A stretch of 64,000 nucleotides of DNA, taken from NCBI GenBank assembly GCA_016927835.1, contig JAFGMA010000235.1:20580-84579 (forward strand). The letters are read 5' to 3'. Positions 19,356-29,591 of the stretch are shown here, piece by piece; position 1 is the stretch's first letter, and the number at the start of each line of letters is the position of its first letter. The notes beneath the pieces are model-generated. The model worked only from the letters and a program-made list of their open reading frames with translations, had not been told where the DNA came from and made no database searches. A program made the translations under genes and the position numbers. Source of the stretch: Candidatus Zhuqueibacterota bacterium (lineage in GTDB: Bacteria; Zhuqueibacterota; Zhuqueibacteria; Thermofontimicrobiales; Sulfurfontimicrobiaceae).

Positions 19356-19521
19356 TGCCTGAACGAAAATTCGCATCTTCATGCTAAGCGGAATCGAATC
19401 ACAACGTAAAAACAATGAGTTATGATCCTTCGACTCAGCATGAAAAAAAGCGGACTTTTTATTCAGACTTCCGGCGCTGATTTCATCAGGCTTTTAACCT
19501 ATTTGGAGGGAGAATCAAATC

Positions 19522-20325
19522 ATGAAAATCAGATCAATACTTCTCTCACTATTGCTGATTTCATCTGTGAGCGTCAATTGCGTCAAGGCTGGCAGAATAG
19601 AGGAAACCGTTAAAAAGACATTCGATGCTAATTCGGATGTTGAAATTGTGCTGAGAAATAAAAACGGTTCTGTGGTAGTATCGAGTTGGGATAAGCCGCA
19701 AGTTCTGGTGATCGCCGAGAAAGTTGTGAAGGCGCACCATGAGGAGAAAGCCCAAAAAATCATGGAGCAGGTGGAGATTATCTTCAACGCCAGCCCTGAG
19801 CGAATCGAAATCGAATCGGACTATCCGCCTTCAAATCGCAGCCATAACAGTTTTTGGGGATTGTTTTTTGATGAAGCGAATGCTCAAATATCGATTTCCT
19901 ATCAGCTCACCGTCCCCAAAGATGCCAACCTCGAGTTGAAAACAACCAACGGGTCAATCACAATCGAAAATACGTCGGGAAACATCAATGCGAGATCGAC
20001 CAATGGCAGCGTGAAGCTCCTGGATGTTCACGGGATGATTCGCGCAAGAACCACCAATGGCAGAATCCAGGCTGAGGTGCTCGAATTCACGCGCGAGGAT
20101 GAGATTTATTTCAAAACCACCAATGGCAGCATCAAGCTCGATTTGCCGACCAATATTCAGGCGGATGTGCGTGCCAATACCACTAATGGCAGCATCAGCA
20201 CGGATTTTCCCCTGGAAGTCAGCGGCAAATTCAACCGGAAAAATCTGCGCGGGACGATCAATGGCGGCGGTGGGCGCATCGATTTGACAACCACCAACGG
20301 TAGTATTAAAATTAATGAAAATTAA
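19522..20325 (+). CDS. DUF4097 family beta-strand repeat (putative adhesin) protein
   Basis: Repeated TTNGSI motifs, LTVPKDANL, signal peptide, GGAGGGAG RBS. Confidence 0.85.
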   Translation: MKIRSILLSLLLISSVSVNCVKAGRIEETVKKTFDANSDVEIVLRNKNGSVVVSSWDKPQVLVIAEKVVKAHHEEKAQKIMEQVEIIFNASPERIEIESDYPPSNRSHNSFWGLFFDEANAQISISYQLTVPKDANLELKTTNGSITIENTSGNINARSTNGSVKLLDVHGMIRARTTNGRIQAEVLEFTREDEIYFKTTNGSIKLDLPTNIQADVRANTTNGSISTDFPLEVSGKFNRKNLRGTINGGGGRIDLTTTNGSIKINEN

Positions 20326-20340
20326 CGGTGTCCGAAGAGC

Positions 20341-21768
20341 ATGGAGGAATCGCTTAGAAAAGGTGCTGAGACAGAACTGACCATTGAAAAGCTGGCGTTT
20401 GGTGGGCATGGTATCTCTAAAATGGATAATTTTACTATTTTCGTCGATCGTGCCATTCCCGGTCAGGTTGTCCGTGCCAAAATTTACCAGAAAAAACAAA
20501 ATTATGCCAAAGCCAGGGTATTATCGCTAATCGCACAATCACCCGATGCCATCCAACCCGAATGCCCGCATTTCGACATTTCAAACTGCGGCGGATGTCT
20601 TTTCCAGAATTTGCCGTATTCGAAACAACTCGAATTTAAATCGGACCAGGTTGCCGAAACGCTGGCGCATATCGGCGGATTGAAGCTGAATACAATTGCG
20701 CTTCCCATTCCCTCCGAGGATATCTTCTTCTATCGCAATAAGATGGAATTCTCATTCGACGAGAGATGGTACGCCGATCTCAGCCAGAAACCAGCCGAAC
20801 CAGAACGCGATTTCGCATTAGGATTACATATTTCAAAATTTTATAACAAGGTTTTCGATGTCACCGATTGCAAATTGTTCTCGCCTGAGAGCAACCATAT
20901 CCTGAATACGATCAGACGGTTCAGCCAGGAAAGCGGATTGAATTCATACAACTCCAGGCTGAATTCCGGATTCTGGCGTTTCGTCACCATGCGCCAGGCG
21001 AAAAATACCAATGGGTTGATGGTTTCAATCATCACCGCGGACGCCAGGCAACAATCGGATATGATTGAGCCGCTTGCCAAGCAGCTTCAAAAAAATCATC
21101 CGGATATCACCACAATGATCCACGGCATTAACCGTCGAAGTGCACAAATCGCGACCAGCGATCAACAACACATTTTATCAGGTTCGGGGTACATAGTCGA
21201 AGTTTTGGGCAATTACCGGTTCCGAATTTCGCCGAATTCATTTTTTCAGACCAATACGCGGCAGGCAGAAAAACTGTACCAGCGCATTGTCGAGCTCGCT
21301 GAATTCGAGCCAAATGATATTGTATACGATCTTTATACCGGAACCGGAACGATCGCGATCTTTATTTCAAATCATGTACGAAAAGTTGTGGGCTTCGAAC
21401 TGGTTGAGGAAGCTATTGTGGATGCCCGGATGAATTGTGAATTAAATGCGGTTGAAAATTGTGAGTTTAAAGCCGGCGATATCAGGCATGAATTGAAAAA
21501 GGCAATTGCCGATACAGCGAAATCCGAGATGCCGTCGGTGGTGATCGCGGATCCCCCTCGAATCGGCATGCATCCGGCGGTTGTCCGCGAAGTGCTCAGG
21601 CTGGCGCCGAAACGAATCATTTATGTTTCATGCAATCCGGCGACACTTGCCAGAGATTTGCAGGCTTTCACCGAGCAGGATTACATCCTCGATTTTGTGC
21701 AACCCATCGACATGTTCCCCCATACGGCGCATATTGAAGTAATCAGCCGCTTGATCCGAAAAATATAG
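20341..21768 (+). CDS. rlmD: 23S rRNA (uracil-C5)-methyltransferase RlmD
   Basis: TRAM domain, CPHF..CGGC, YRNKMEF, SFFQTN, DPPRIG, YVSCNPATLARD, DMFPHTAHIE. Confidence 0.93.
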   Translation: MEESLRKGAETELTIEKLAFGGHGISKMDNFTIFVDRAIPGQVVRAKIYQKKQNYAKARVLSLIAQSPDAIQPECPHFDISNCGGCLFQNLPYSKQLEFKSDQVAETLAHIGGLKLNTIALPIPSEDIFFYRNKMEFSFDERWYADLSQKPAEPERDFALGLHISKFYNKVFDVTDCKLFSPESNHILNTIRRFSQESGLNSYNSRLNSGFWRFVTMRQAKNTNGLMVSIITADARQQSDMIEPLAKQLQKNHPDITTMIHGINRRSAQIATSDQQHILSGSGYIVEVLGNYRFRISPNSFFQTNTRQAEKLYQRIVELAEFEPNDIVYDLYTGTGTIAIFISNHVRKVVGFELVEEAIVDARMNCELNAVENCEFKAGDIRHELKKAIADTAKSEMPSVVIADPPRIGMHPAVVREVLRLAPKRIIYVSCNPATLARDLQAFTEQDYILDFVQPIDMFPHTAHIEVISRLIRKI

Positions 21769-21885
21769 CATTTCTGTAATTGAAACGGATTTGCAGTGAT
21801 CGCGAGCCGCCGATCATCTGCAAATCCGCTGCTCTTGGCGATCCTGATTGCTCCGGCTCTCAAAGCACGAAATCAAAGGCGGGCG

Positions 21886-23010
21886 CTATCCCATAAAAAA
21901 TCTGAGCAAAAAGCCGGCTGCAACTGCGGAGCCAATAACACCCGCAACATTGGGAGCCATTGCATACTGCAGCAGGTTATTATTCGGATCTTCGTGCACA
22001 CCCATATCCTGAACGACCCTGGCGCTCATCGGCACCGCAGAAACGCCAGCCATGCCAATCAGCGGATTAATTTTCTTTTTTGCAAAAATATTATGAATAT
22101 GCACGCCGATAATTCCGCTGGCGGATCCAATAGCAAAGGCAACGACGCCCAACACCAGAATGCCGATGGTTTTGAATTGGAAAAATTTATCGGCTTCCAT
22201 CGTTCCGCCGATTGCCAATCCCAGGATAATCGTTGACGCGTTCAAAATGGTATCCCGAGCTACTTCGACCATCCTGCGATCTACCACGACCAACTTTGTC
22301 TCCTTGATCAGATTGCCAAAGAGCAGCATACCGAGCAGCGGTGTGGCAGTTGGTACCAGAATGCAAGCGATTAAGACGCTGAAAATCGGAAATAAAAATT
22401 TCTTCAGCGGTGTTACATTACCTGGAACGCCGAATTGCCTGTCCATCTCCTTCATATTGATTTTTCGCTGGGTTGAGGAGGTAAAGAATAAGCCCACTGG
22501 TTTTTGGATCAATGGAACCAGCGCCATGTACGAATAAGCAGCGATTGAAATGGGTCCCAATAAATCGGGCGCGAGTTTTGTGGCGGTGAAGATCGACGTT
22601 GGACCATCCGCGCCGCCAATGATACCAGTTGCCGCGGCTTCCATGAGCGTGAAATCAATTCCCAGGTAATTCAGACCGAGTGCCCCGAGTATTGTCACAA
22701 AAATGCCAGCCTGTGCTGCGGCGCCGAAAAAAATCAATCGGGGATTCCTGATAAGCGGACCGAAATCCGTGTGGGCACCAATGCCGAAAAAAATCAGGCA
22801 GGGCAATACAACTGTTTTGATGCCGTGTTGATAAAAAAACGACAGAATGCATCCGTCATCCAATGAGCTTTGTTCGGCGCCCGGGATATTTGCCATGATC
22901 ATCCCGAAGCCAATCGGCAGCAGCAGCAGCGGTTCAACGCGCTTCTTTGCCCCGAGAAAAATCAGGATAAGCCCGATGAATATCATGCAAAACATCAATA
23001 CACTCTCCAT
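21886..23010 (-). CDS. oadB: Na+-translocating decarboxylase beta subunit
   Basis: EPLLLLPIGFG, GIIGGADGPT, AYSYMALVP, GVSAVPMSARV, NVAGVIGSA. Confidence 0.93.
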   Translation of the reverse strand: MESVLMFCMIFIGLILIFLGAKKRVEPLLLLPIGFGMIMANIPGAEQSSLDDGCILSFFYQHGIKTVVLPCLIFFGIGAHTDFGPLIRNPRLIFFGAAAQAGIFVTILGALGLNYLGIDFTLMEAAATGIIGGADGPTSIFTATKLAPDLLGPISIAAYSYMALVPLIQKPVGLFFTSSTQRKINMKEMDRQFGVPGNVTPLKKFLFPIFSVLIACILVPTATPLLGMLLFGNLIKETKLVVVDRRMVEVARDTILNASTIILGLAIGGTMEADKFFQFKTIGILVLGVVAFAIGSASGIIGVHIHNIFAKKKINPLIGMAGVSAVPMSARVVQDMGVHEDPNNNLLQYAMAPNVAGVIGSAVAAGFLLRFFMG

Positions 23011-23022
23011 TTTCAGCCTCCG

Positions 23023-24876
23023 TTAATGTATTGTTGTCAACACCTGATCTTCTTCCACTTCATGATTTTCTTTTACAACAATTTTTCCGACAATACCGTC
23101 AACGGGTGCGAGGATATTATTTTCTACTTTCATGGCTTCTATGACGAACATCGTGGCGCCTTTCGTTACCGGCTCGCCTTCGGCTGCAAGGATTTTTCGG
23201 ACGACACCTTCTATCGCCAGCACCGGTTCACCATCGAGTTTCTCTGGCTTTGGCTCGGTTGTGTCATCAGGTTTTGCGATAGCGGGCAGGGGCGTGCCGG
23301 CTTCGAACACCGGAATCACCTCGGTCAATACCTGCTTTCCGTTCACGATCACCATTGCCTTTGCAGGATATACAGTTACCGCTGCACCCGGCTTTTCGGC
23401 TTTGGTGCTCGTTTTCGCCGCGCGTTTTTCTTCCAGGTCTGCCTCAAATTTTTGTGCAGCCACACCTGATTTATAATCCCGATATTGCTCGGGATGCATT
23501 GCCAGTTCGAAGAGTTCCTCATCATCCTGACCATGATCCCAGCCATTTTCCTGCATCTCTTTTTTGAATTCATCCAATTGATTGGGGTACAATTCCTGAG
23601 GAGTGCCCTCAAAAAACTCGTATCCTTGTTCATTCGCCAATTCGATGAGTTCTTTGCTTAGCGGTCCGGGCAATTTTCCGGATTTGCCGGTGATCATGCC
23701 CCAGGTTTTGGTATCGATGCGACTGAATCGCGGCTCCCCTTTGATGGCAAGTTCGACGTTGGAAAGCGCAGTGACCGCGACATATTGGCTGAATGGCGTA
23801 ACCAGCGGCGGGTAACCCATATCGTGCCAGGTTTTTTGCACTTCCTCAAAAAGCATAATCATGATCTGATCCAGCGAAAAAGGATCTTTATTGTTATTTT
23901 GCGCCCATTTATTCACGCGTTTCACGGTATCTTCGATCCAGCCCATCAGGCTGCCCATCATTCCCCCGGGCAAACCAGGACCGATCAAAAGCGAATTCAT
24001 ATAGCGATTCATGGGATTGATATAGAATCCGAGCCAATCATCGATGAATTTTTGAGTGAGTTCCCGGGCTTTCATGTAGGCAGACATATTCACTTCGGGA
24101 ACTTCGATATCAGGAACGCCGCGCAGAATTTCGATTGCCGAGAGCAAATCAACATGCCCTGTGCCCCATGAAAGCGGCTGCATCGCAACATCGACGCAAT
24201 CGGCGCCAGCCAGGACGGCTTGCAGAATACTCGCCGGAGCCAGTCCGGGCCCGCTGTGACCGTGGTATTGCACAAGCGTTTTGGGGTGGCTCTTTTTGAT
24301 GCCGCTTACAATCTGCCCGATCTGATACGGACGCCCGATACCTGCCATATCCTTGATGCAAATCTCATCGGCACCCATTTCCACCAGTACGTCAACGAGT
24401 TTGAGATAATAGTTCACCGTGTGCACCCTGGAATAAGTCAATGCGATACACGCCTGGGAAATCATCCCCGATTGCTTTGCATATTTGATGGAAAGCTCCA
24501 GATTGCGCGAATCGTTCAGTCCGCAAAAGCTGCGGGCGATGTCGACTCCCTGTGCCTGCTTCACTTTGAAAAATAATTCACGCACATCAGCGGGCACCGG
24601 GTACATTCGAATGCCGTTGAGCGCCCGTTCGAGCATGTGCGACTGGATTCCGCCTTCTTTCAATATTTTCAGGTACGATCGCAGGCTGTGGTTCGGATTA
24701 TCACCATACAGCAGGGTAACCTGTTCGAATCCGCCCCCGTTGGTTTCAACCCGTTTCAAGCACCCCATATCGATGAATACCGGTGCAATTTCTTCGAGCT
24801 CGGTTTTTCTGGGCTGATACTTGCCGGAACTTTGCCACATATCACGATAGAGCAATGAAAATTCGATTCGTCTCAT
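23023..24876 (-). CDS. oadA: Oxaloacetate decarboxylase alpha subunit (carboxyltransferase plus biotin carrier)
   Basis: RDMWQS, IKDMAG, HGHSG, PGGMMG, YPPLVTPFSQ and biotinyl motif EAMKVEN. Confidence 0.88.
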   Translation of the reverse strand: MRRIEFSLLYRDMWQSSGKYQPRKTELEEIAPVFIDMGCLKRVETNGGGFEQVTLLYGDNPNHSLRSYLKILKEGGIQSHMLERALNGIRMYPVPADVRELFFKVKQAQGVDIARSFCGLNDSRNLELSIKYAKQSGMISQACIALTYSRVHTVNYYLKLVDVLVEMGADEICIKDMAGIGRPYQIGQIVSGIKKSHPKTLVQYHGHSGPGLAPASILQAVLAGADCVDVAMQPLSWGTGHVDLLSAIEILRGVPDIEVPEVNMSAYMKARELTQKFIDDWLGFYINPMNRYMNSLLIGPGLPGGMMGSLMGWIEDTVKRVNKWAQNNNKDPFSLDQIMIMLFEEVQKTWHDMGYPPLVTPFSQYVAVTALSNVELAIKGEPRFSRIDTKTWGMITGKSGKLPGPLSKELIELANEQGYEFFEGTPQELYPNQLDEFKKEMQENGWDHGQDDEELFELAMHPEQYRDYKSGVAAQKFEADLEEKRAAKTSTKAEKPGAAVTVYPAKAMVIVNGKQVLTEVIPVFEAGTPLPAIAKPDDTTEPKPEKLDGEPVLAIEGVVRKILAAEGEPVTKGATMFVIEAMKVENNILAPVDGIVGKIVVKENHEVEEDQVLTTIH

Positions 24877-25151
24877 GATCCCTCCTGACTTTTTCTGATG
24901 TCAATGATTTTTCCCGGTACACCCTGACCTTTCGTAGCATGGTAAACAGCGATTTGAATTGCCTGTTGTTCCTCCTTGGTAAGCGCTGAGATCGCATCCT
25001 TTTGAGGTGCAGATTGGGTTGCCAGAATTTCACCCGGCTTCGCTTCGTTTGGCAGAAACCAATGGAGCACTTTTGTTCCCATAAAAATCGCGGCTAAAAC
25101 GAGAAACACAATTGGAAGTCCATGAATCAATAGCTTCAATCCCTCGGTCAT
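24873..25151 (-). CDS. oadG: Na+-decarboxylase gamma subunit (OadG family)
   Basis: Small single-TM protein (GLPIVFLVLAAI...AIQIAVY) overlapping the oadA start; GGAGGT RBS before ATG 25151. Confidence 0.75.
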   Translation of the reverse strand: MTEGLKLLIHGLPIVFLVLAAIFMGTKVLHWFLPNEAKPGEILATQSAPQKDAISALTKEEQQAIQIAVYHATKGQGVPGKIIDIRKSQEGS

Positions 25152-25711
25152 ACGCGTACCTCCTTTCGAGTAGAAGTTTATTTTGCAGAAAATAGTAATT
25201 GATTCATTCAATTCCCAGTTGTCGGATGTTGAACAAATTGCTAATTTGGCAAAACCAGATTTCGATCGTCTGTGCCGGGGGAGGACACCGCGCGCCCTGG
25301 TAATCCTTTAATAAACAACTGGTGAACCAAACATCTGGTGATTCACATTTCTCAACAGTCAGTAGTTTTTGGCAGACTCAATGTTAATCTGAAAGACTGG
25401 TTTTTAAGCTTAATAGAATAAAACAGAAGAAAGAAAATGGCTGGACAAGATGCATTAATTTTATATTCGGATGCTGGTTGCCATTCGGTTTATTTCGAGC
25501 CATTTTGATAGCGCTAAGAAGGTGGGATAAAATAAAACCTGGACACATTTTGCTTAAATTAATTTTGAAAAAATAGCCACTTAAGAAATTCAAATGGGTA
25601 GCTTATTTTATCCCAGTTCCTGAAGCGACACGAATAACAAATTACTTGCTAAGAAAGGTCAAAATCTGAGGTAATACAATCTCGCGCCAATTTCGGCTTG
25701 CCTGGAATGAT

Positions 25712-26701
25712 TTAACGCAACCGCATCAATAGCCGTCTCAGGTGCTGATTATCTTTGAATTTTTTAACACCGTTGATTAGAATCGCTTTCGCCTGATCTT
25801 TCTGCTCGAGCCCGAGGTATGCCTGTGCGAGTTCATAAAAAAGAAAAGGATCGACAACATTGTTTTTATAGTCTGGTTCCAGCAGCGCAAGCGCCTTATG
25901 AAAGCGCTTTTGTTTATTATAGCTGGCTGCCAATTTGGTTTTGCGGAATAAATTTCTCGGATCGGCGGCAACCGCATCTTCGAGATACGAAGACGATTCT
26001 TCGACCATACCGAGCTCGCTCAACAATTTCGCGTAATAGCTTCTCAAAAACTGGTTATCTTTTTGCGAAGGCAGGCTCAGCAGTCTTTTCACTTCCCGAA
26101 GTATGGCTTCCCTGGATTTTTCAGCTTCCATACACGCTACCCATTGTGTAAACGCATAATCGTTTTTCGGGTCAAGATTGATTCCCTGTTGATAGCTCTC
26201 TTTTGCCAGATCGTTCTCGCCACTCGCTTTATACAGATCACCCAGATTTTGATAAAACCTGGGTTCATTCGGATTTTTGAGCAGTGCTTCTTTCAAAAGA
26301 TCGATTCCAATTGTCGGCTCCCCGGATTTCGCATAAGAATACGCCAGGCGCGTTATGAAATAGACATCATCCGGATTCAGGTGAAGGGCAGCTTCAAATA
26401 GATGGCATGCTTCCTTGTAATCCTGATTTTTATACGCCAATTCTGCTAAAATCCCAAGAGCGAACCAGTTTTTGGGATTGCTGCTGATTGCCTGCTGTGC
26501 GTAATTTTTTGCCTGCCGATACTGCTGCTGCAAGTAAGAGATATGAGCGATGTTCGAGAGATAAAAGTCATTTTTAGGTTCATTTTCCAGCAATTGCATA
26601 AAGCATGCAGCCGCTTTCGAGTAGTCTTTTTCCCGTTTCAGCTTGAAAGCTTCTTGCTTGAGATGTTCTATTGGGGTGGGATCAGTTTGTCTGGACTTCA
26701 A
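25712..26701 (-). CDS. TPR repeat protein
   Basis: Multiple TPRs (NPKNWFALGILAE, NPDDVYFITRLA, DPKNDYA). Start uncertain: TTG at 26701 versus the track start at 26824. Confidence 0.8.
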   Translation of the reverse strand: MKSRQTDPTPIEHLKQEAFKLKREKDYSKAAACFMQLLENEPKNDFYLSNIAHISYLQQQYRQAKNYAQQAISSNPKNWFALGILAELAYKNQDYKEACHLFEAALHLNPDDVYFITRLAYSYAKSGEPTIGIDLLKEALLKNPNEPRFYQNLGDLYKASGENDLAKESYQQGINLDPKNDYAFTQWVACMEAEKSREAILREVKRLLSLPSQKDNQFLRSYYAKLLSELGMVEESSSYLEDAVAADPRNLFRKTKLAASYNKQKRFHKALALLEPDYKNNVVDPFLFYELAQAYLGLEQKDQAKAILINGVKKFKDNQHLRRLLMRLR

Positions 26702-26827
26702 GGAAAATCCTTTCAATTCGTTATACGAATCACTGACGGGCGTATCTAAAATGAAAAGTTTTTTTGATAATCTATGCCAGGCTCTGAAATACCTGAGTAC
26801 TGCTATTGCCCGGGACGATAGCATTCA

Positions 26828-27775
26828 TCACACCTTCAGCAGCACCTTTAAAGCTTTACTATTTTGTGCAAATTCAAAAGCGGCTTCAATTTCATCGAAT
26901 GGGAAAATTTCCGAGATGAGCTCTTTGGTTTTGATCAGATTCTTTGCAAGCAACCGCAATGCCGGACCAAATCGTCCGCAGCGCGATCCGATGACTGTGA
27001 TTTCATTGATAACGAGTCCGGAAGCATCGAAAGAAAGCTCACCGTGATAGGTGCTTTTTAACACGAGCGTACCCCTAGGTTTGATCAACGCCAGGGCGCT
27101 GGCAAAGCCGGTCGCGTTGCCGGAGGCTTCGATGACCACGGGGAAGCGCCGATCAATGCCCGTTTCAACCAGGTGCGTCTGGATTCCGAAGCGTTCAGCG
27201 AGATCGAGCTTGCTGCGTGCTTTTCCGAAAACGTGAACATCGCATCCGACAAGCTGCATCACCTGGGCGATTAATAATCCCAACTTCCCGTCGCCAATCA
27301 CGGCAACAGGTGTAGCAGGCACGATATGCGTTTGCTCCAAAATTTCCAGCGCAGCAGCGAGCGGCTCCGTGAAAACTGCTATTTCATCGGGAACGGTCTG
27401 CGGAACTTCGAACAGGTTGGATTCGGGCAACACCAGCTTTTCGGCGAAAGCGCCATTTCGGCGATAAATTCCCAGGGTGGAACGATTGGGACAATGGCGC
27501 GCCATCCCTTTCCGGCAGGCTTCACATTCACCGCAACCGGCATTTATTTCGCCCACGACGCGTTTGCCAACCCAGGATGCGGTTTCTGCTGCTTCCACGA
27601 TTCCCACAAATTCATGCCCTGGAATGCCTTGAAATCCCATGTAGCCATTGACAATTTCAACATCTGTATTGCAAATCCCGATCATCGATACCCGGACGAG
27701 CGCCTCATTGTCATCGCGCACCGGCTCAGGGACAGCTTGGAGAGTGAGTTTTTTTTCGAAGACTGCAGCTTTCAT
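26828..27775 (-). CDS. Zinc-dependent MDR alcohol dehydrogenase
   Basis: GICNTD, PGHEFVG, CGECEAC...HC, EPLAAA, GDGKLG, GSRCG. Confidence 0.9.
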   Translation of the reverse strand: MKAAVFEKKLTLQAVPEPVRDDNEALVRVSMIGICNTDVEIVNGYMGFQGIPGHEFVGIVEAAETASWVGKRVVGEINAGCGECEACRKGMARHCPNRSTLGIYRRNGAFAEKLVLPESNLFEVPQTVPDEIAVFTEPLAAALEILEQTHIVPATPVAVIGDGKLGLLIAQVMQLVGCDVHVFGKARSKLDLAERFGIQTHLVETGIDRRFPVVIEASGNATGFASALALIKPRGTLVLKSTYHGELSFDASGLVINEITVIGSRCGRFGPALRLLAKNLIKTKELISEIFPFDEIEAAFEFAQNSKALKVLLKV

Positions 27776-27854
27776 GATGTGCGATTTTCAGAATTATCAA
27801 AAATGAATTGCCATTCGTTTGGTTTTTCAATAACCAGAAATGGTGCAGCGCGCT

Positions 27855-29216
27855 TTATGCCATATTTTCGCTGGGCTTCAAATTTTTAGGCGCAGCTTGA
27901 TGAAGTTCTTTTTCCCGAACAGGATCGAGGAACAATTTTTCCTGCACCAGCGATTTTTGCAACACTTCAATTCTTTTCTGTGTCATTTCAATATGCTGCG
28001 ACATCTCATCCGGTGCATATTCGATGAAATGCTGATAGCTGTAAATCGCCTTTTCGATATAGCCGAGGTTATCGAAGAGCAGCGCCTGATTGATCCAGGC
28101 TTCGAACGCGTCCGATTTCAGTTTGAGCGCTTTTTCATAGCTCTTGAGTGCTTCCCGCGTACGTCCCAGTTTGTAAAGGGAAATGCCGCGATTATTGTAT
28201 GCTTCGCTATAATCCGGCTTCATTTTAATTGCTTTTTCATAGCTCAGAATCGCTTCTTCATTTCGGTTGAGCCGTGTCAGCGTATTGCCCCGGTTATACA
28301 GCGCCTGATAATGGGCGGGATTCAGCGAAACAACCCGTTCAAAACATTGAAATGCTTCGGCGGCATTTTCCGTCTTGTTCAGGCAGAGCCCTTTATTGTA
28401 CCATGCTTCAAGATTCGTCGGGGATATGTTTAGCGCAGTTTCGTAGCATTTGATCGCATCCGGGTATTTATGTTGTTTCATGAGAAGATTTCCCATCAGA
28501 AACCATACTTCATCCGTATCCGGCTGGCAGCGTTGGGCGCTGTTCAAGCAATCGAGCGCCGCGTTGAGTTTTCTGCTCTTCTCCAGCGCAATGCTTTGAT
28601 TTATCCAGGCTTCATAAAAATCGGGATTGAGCTTCAATGCTTTTTTGCTGCTTTCGAAAGCCCGCTCGAATTCACCCAGTTGAATGAGGACGCTGCTTCG
28701 ATTCAGAAATACCACGCTTGTCGGGATATGATTCTCCGAAATCCGGTATTGCTTCAAGGCTTCCAGGTATTTGCATTCACCATACAGGGTGTTACCCCGC
28801 TTCCAGGCGTCCAGGGCATGGATTTTGATTTCTTCGCTATAGCCATTTCGCCGCTCGAGCTCTTCTGAAAATACGGATTCCCGCGAAACTATTTTGCACG
28901 TTTCTGAAATTTTCAGAATATGCTCGGAATTCATATCTTCATTCTTGCGGGATCGAGATGCTGGCAGAACACTTTCAGGGAAGCCGCGAAAGGAGATCAG
29001 GAAATCGAGAATCAGCAGAGAGAGGATGATGATCATGATAACCAGCGTCGTAATCCGGCTTTCAAAACCGCTCAATTCGAAGATAACCGCAATTGCAGCC
29101 ACTGCGAATCCTGCCGTATTGATGGGAATGAGTGCCTGTATCTTTAATTTCAATCCGAAATAAATTAAAAATACAAAAAACAAAGCTACCAACGAATTAA
29201 TTATCACAAACATCAT
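27855..29216 (-). CDS. Membrane-anchored TPR protein (about 3 N-terminal TM helices)
   Basis: Hydrophobic N-terminus followed by a run of canonical TPRs (EAWYNKG, ALYNRG, EAYNNRG). Start refined to MMFVIIN. Confidence 0.82.
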   Translation of the reverse strand: MMFVIINSLVALFFVFLIYFGLKLKIQALIPINTAGFAVAAIAVIFELSGFESRITTLVIMIIILSLLILDFLISFRGFPESVLPASRSRKNEDMNSEHILKISETCKIVSRESVFSEELERRNGYSEEIKIHALDAWKRGNTLYGECKYLEALKQYRISENHIPTSVVFLNRSSVLIQLGEFERAFESSKKALKLNPDFYEAWINQSIALEKSRKLNAALDCLNSAQRCQPDTDEVWFLMGNLLMKQHKYPDAIKCYETALNISPTNLEAWYNKGLCLNKTENAAEAFQCFERVVSLNPAHYQALYNRGNTLTRLNRNEEAILSYEKAIKMKPDYSEAYNNRGISLYKLGRTREALKSYEKALKLKSDAFEAWINQALLFDNLGYIEKAIYSYQHFIEYAPDEMSQHIEMTQKRIEVLQKSLVQEKLFLDPVREKELHQAAPKNLKPSENMA

Positions 29217-29304
29217 AAGCTTGCCCTTTGCAGTAAAGGCAGCAATGGTGTAATTAGCTATCACATCCTGTGCCGGTACAAAGCATTTTATCTTGAAAAA
29301 TATA

Positions 29305-29333
29305 AATATAAGAACTTTTTTCCCATTTGTCAA
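29305..29333 (-). promoter_or_regulatory. Sigma70-type promoter TTGACA-17-TATATT for the TPR gene
   Basis: The reverse complement of 29305-29333 reads TTGACA N17 TATATT. Confidence 0.65.
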
Positions 29334-29380
29334 GAAATAATTAGTTTTTAATAGCGTGCGCAAGAATATGTTATTTCAGG

Positions 29381-29409
29381 TTGATATTCGCAGGATTATT
29401 TCGTATATT
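29381..29409 (+). promoter_or_regulatory. Sigma70-type promoter TTGATA-17-TATATT for the epimerase gene
   Basis: TTGATA at 29381-86, 17-nt spacer, TATATT at 29404-09; divergent from the previous promoter. Confidence 0.55.
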
Positions 29410-29591
29410 CCGTACGATCAAATTCCGAACCTGACTTTTCAATTATCGGCTATGCTTGAAATGGATACCTGGTTTCACTTTTTAAAGCTCAGGTATGCGC
29501 TTTCGGGAAGATGCTCGTTAAAACTGAAATTCAAATCGAAATCCCGAATACTCAATTCAATCTAGCTTTCATCTGCAAACAGGAGCAGGCG

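Noticed and set aside
19940-20310. Repeated ACCACCAATGGCAG DNA motif
   Set aside because: Encodes the ordinary TTNGS repeats of DUF4097; not a DGR or nucleic-acid repeat system.
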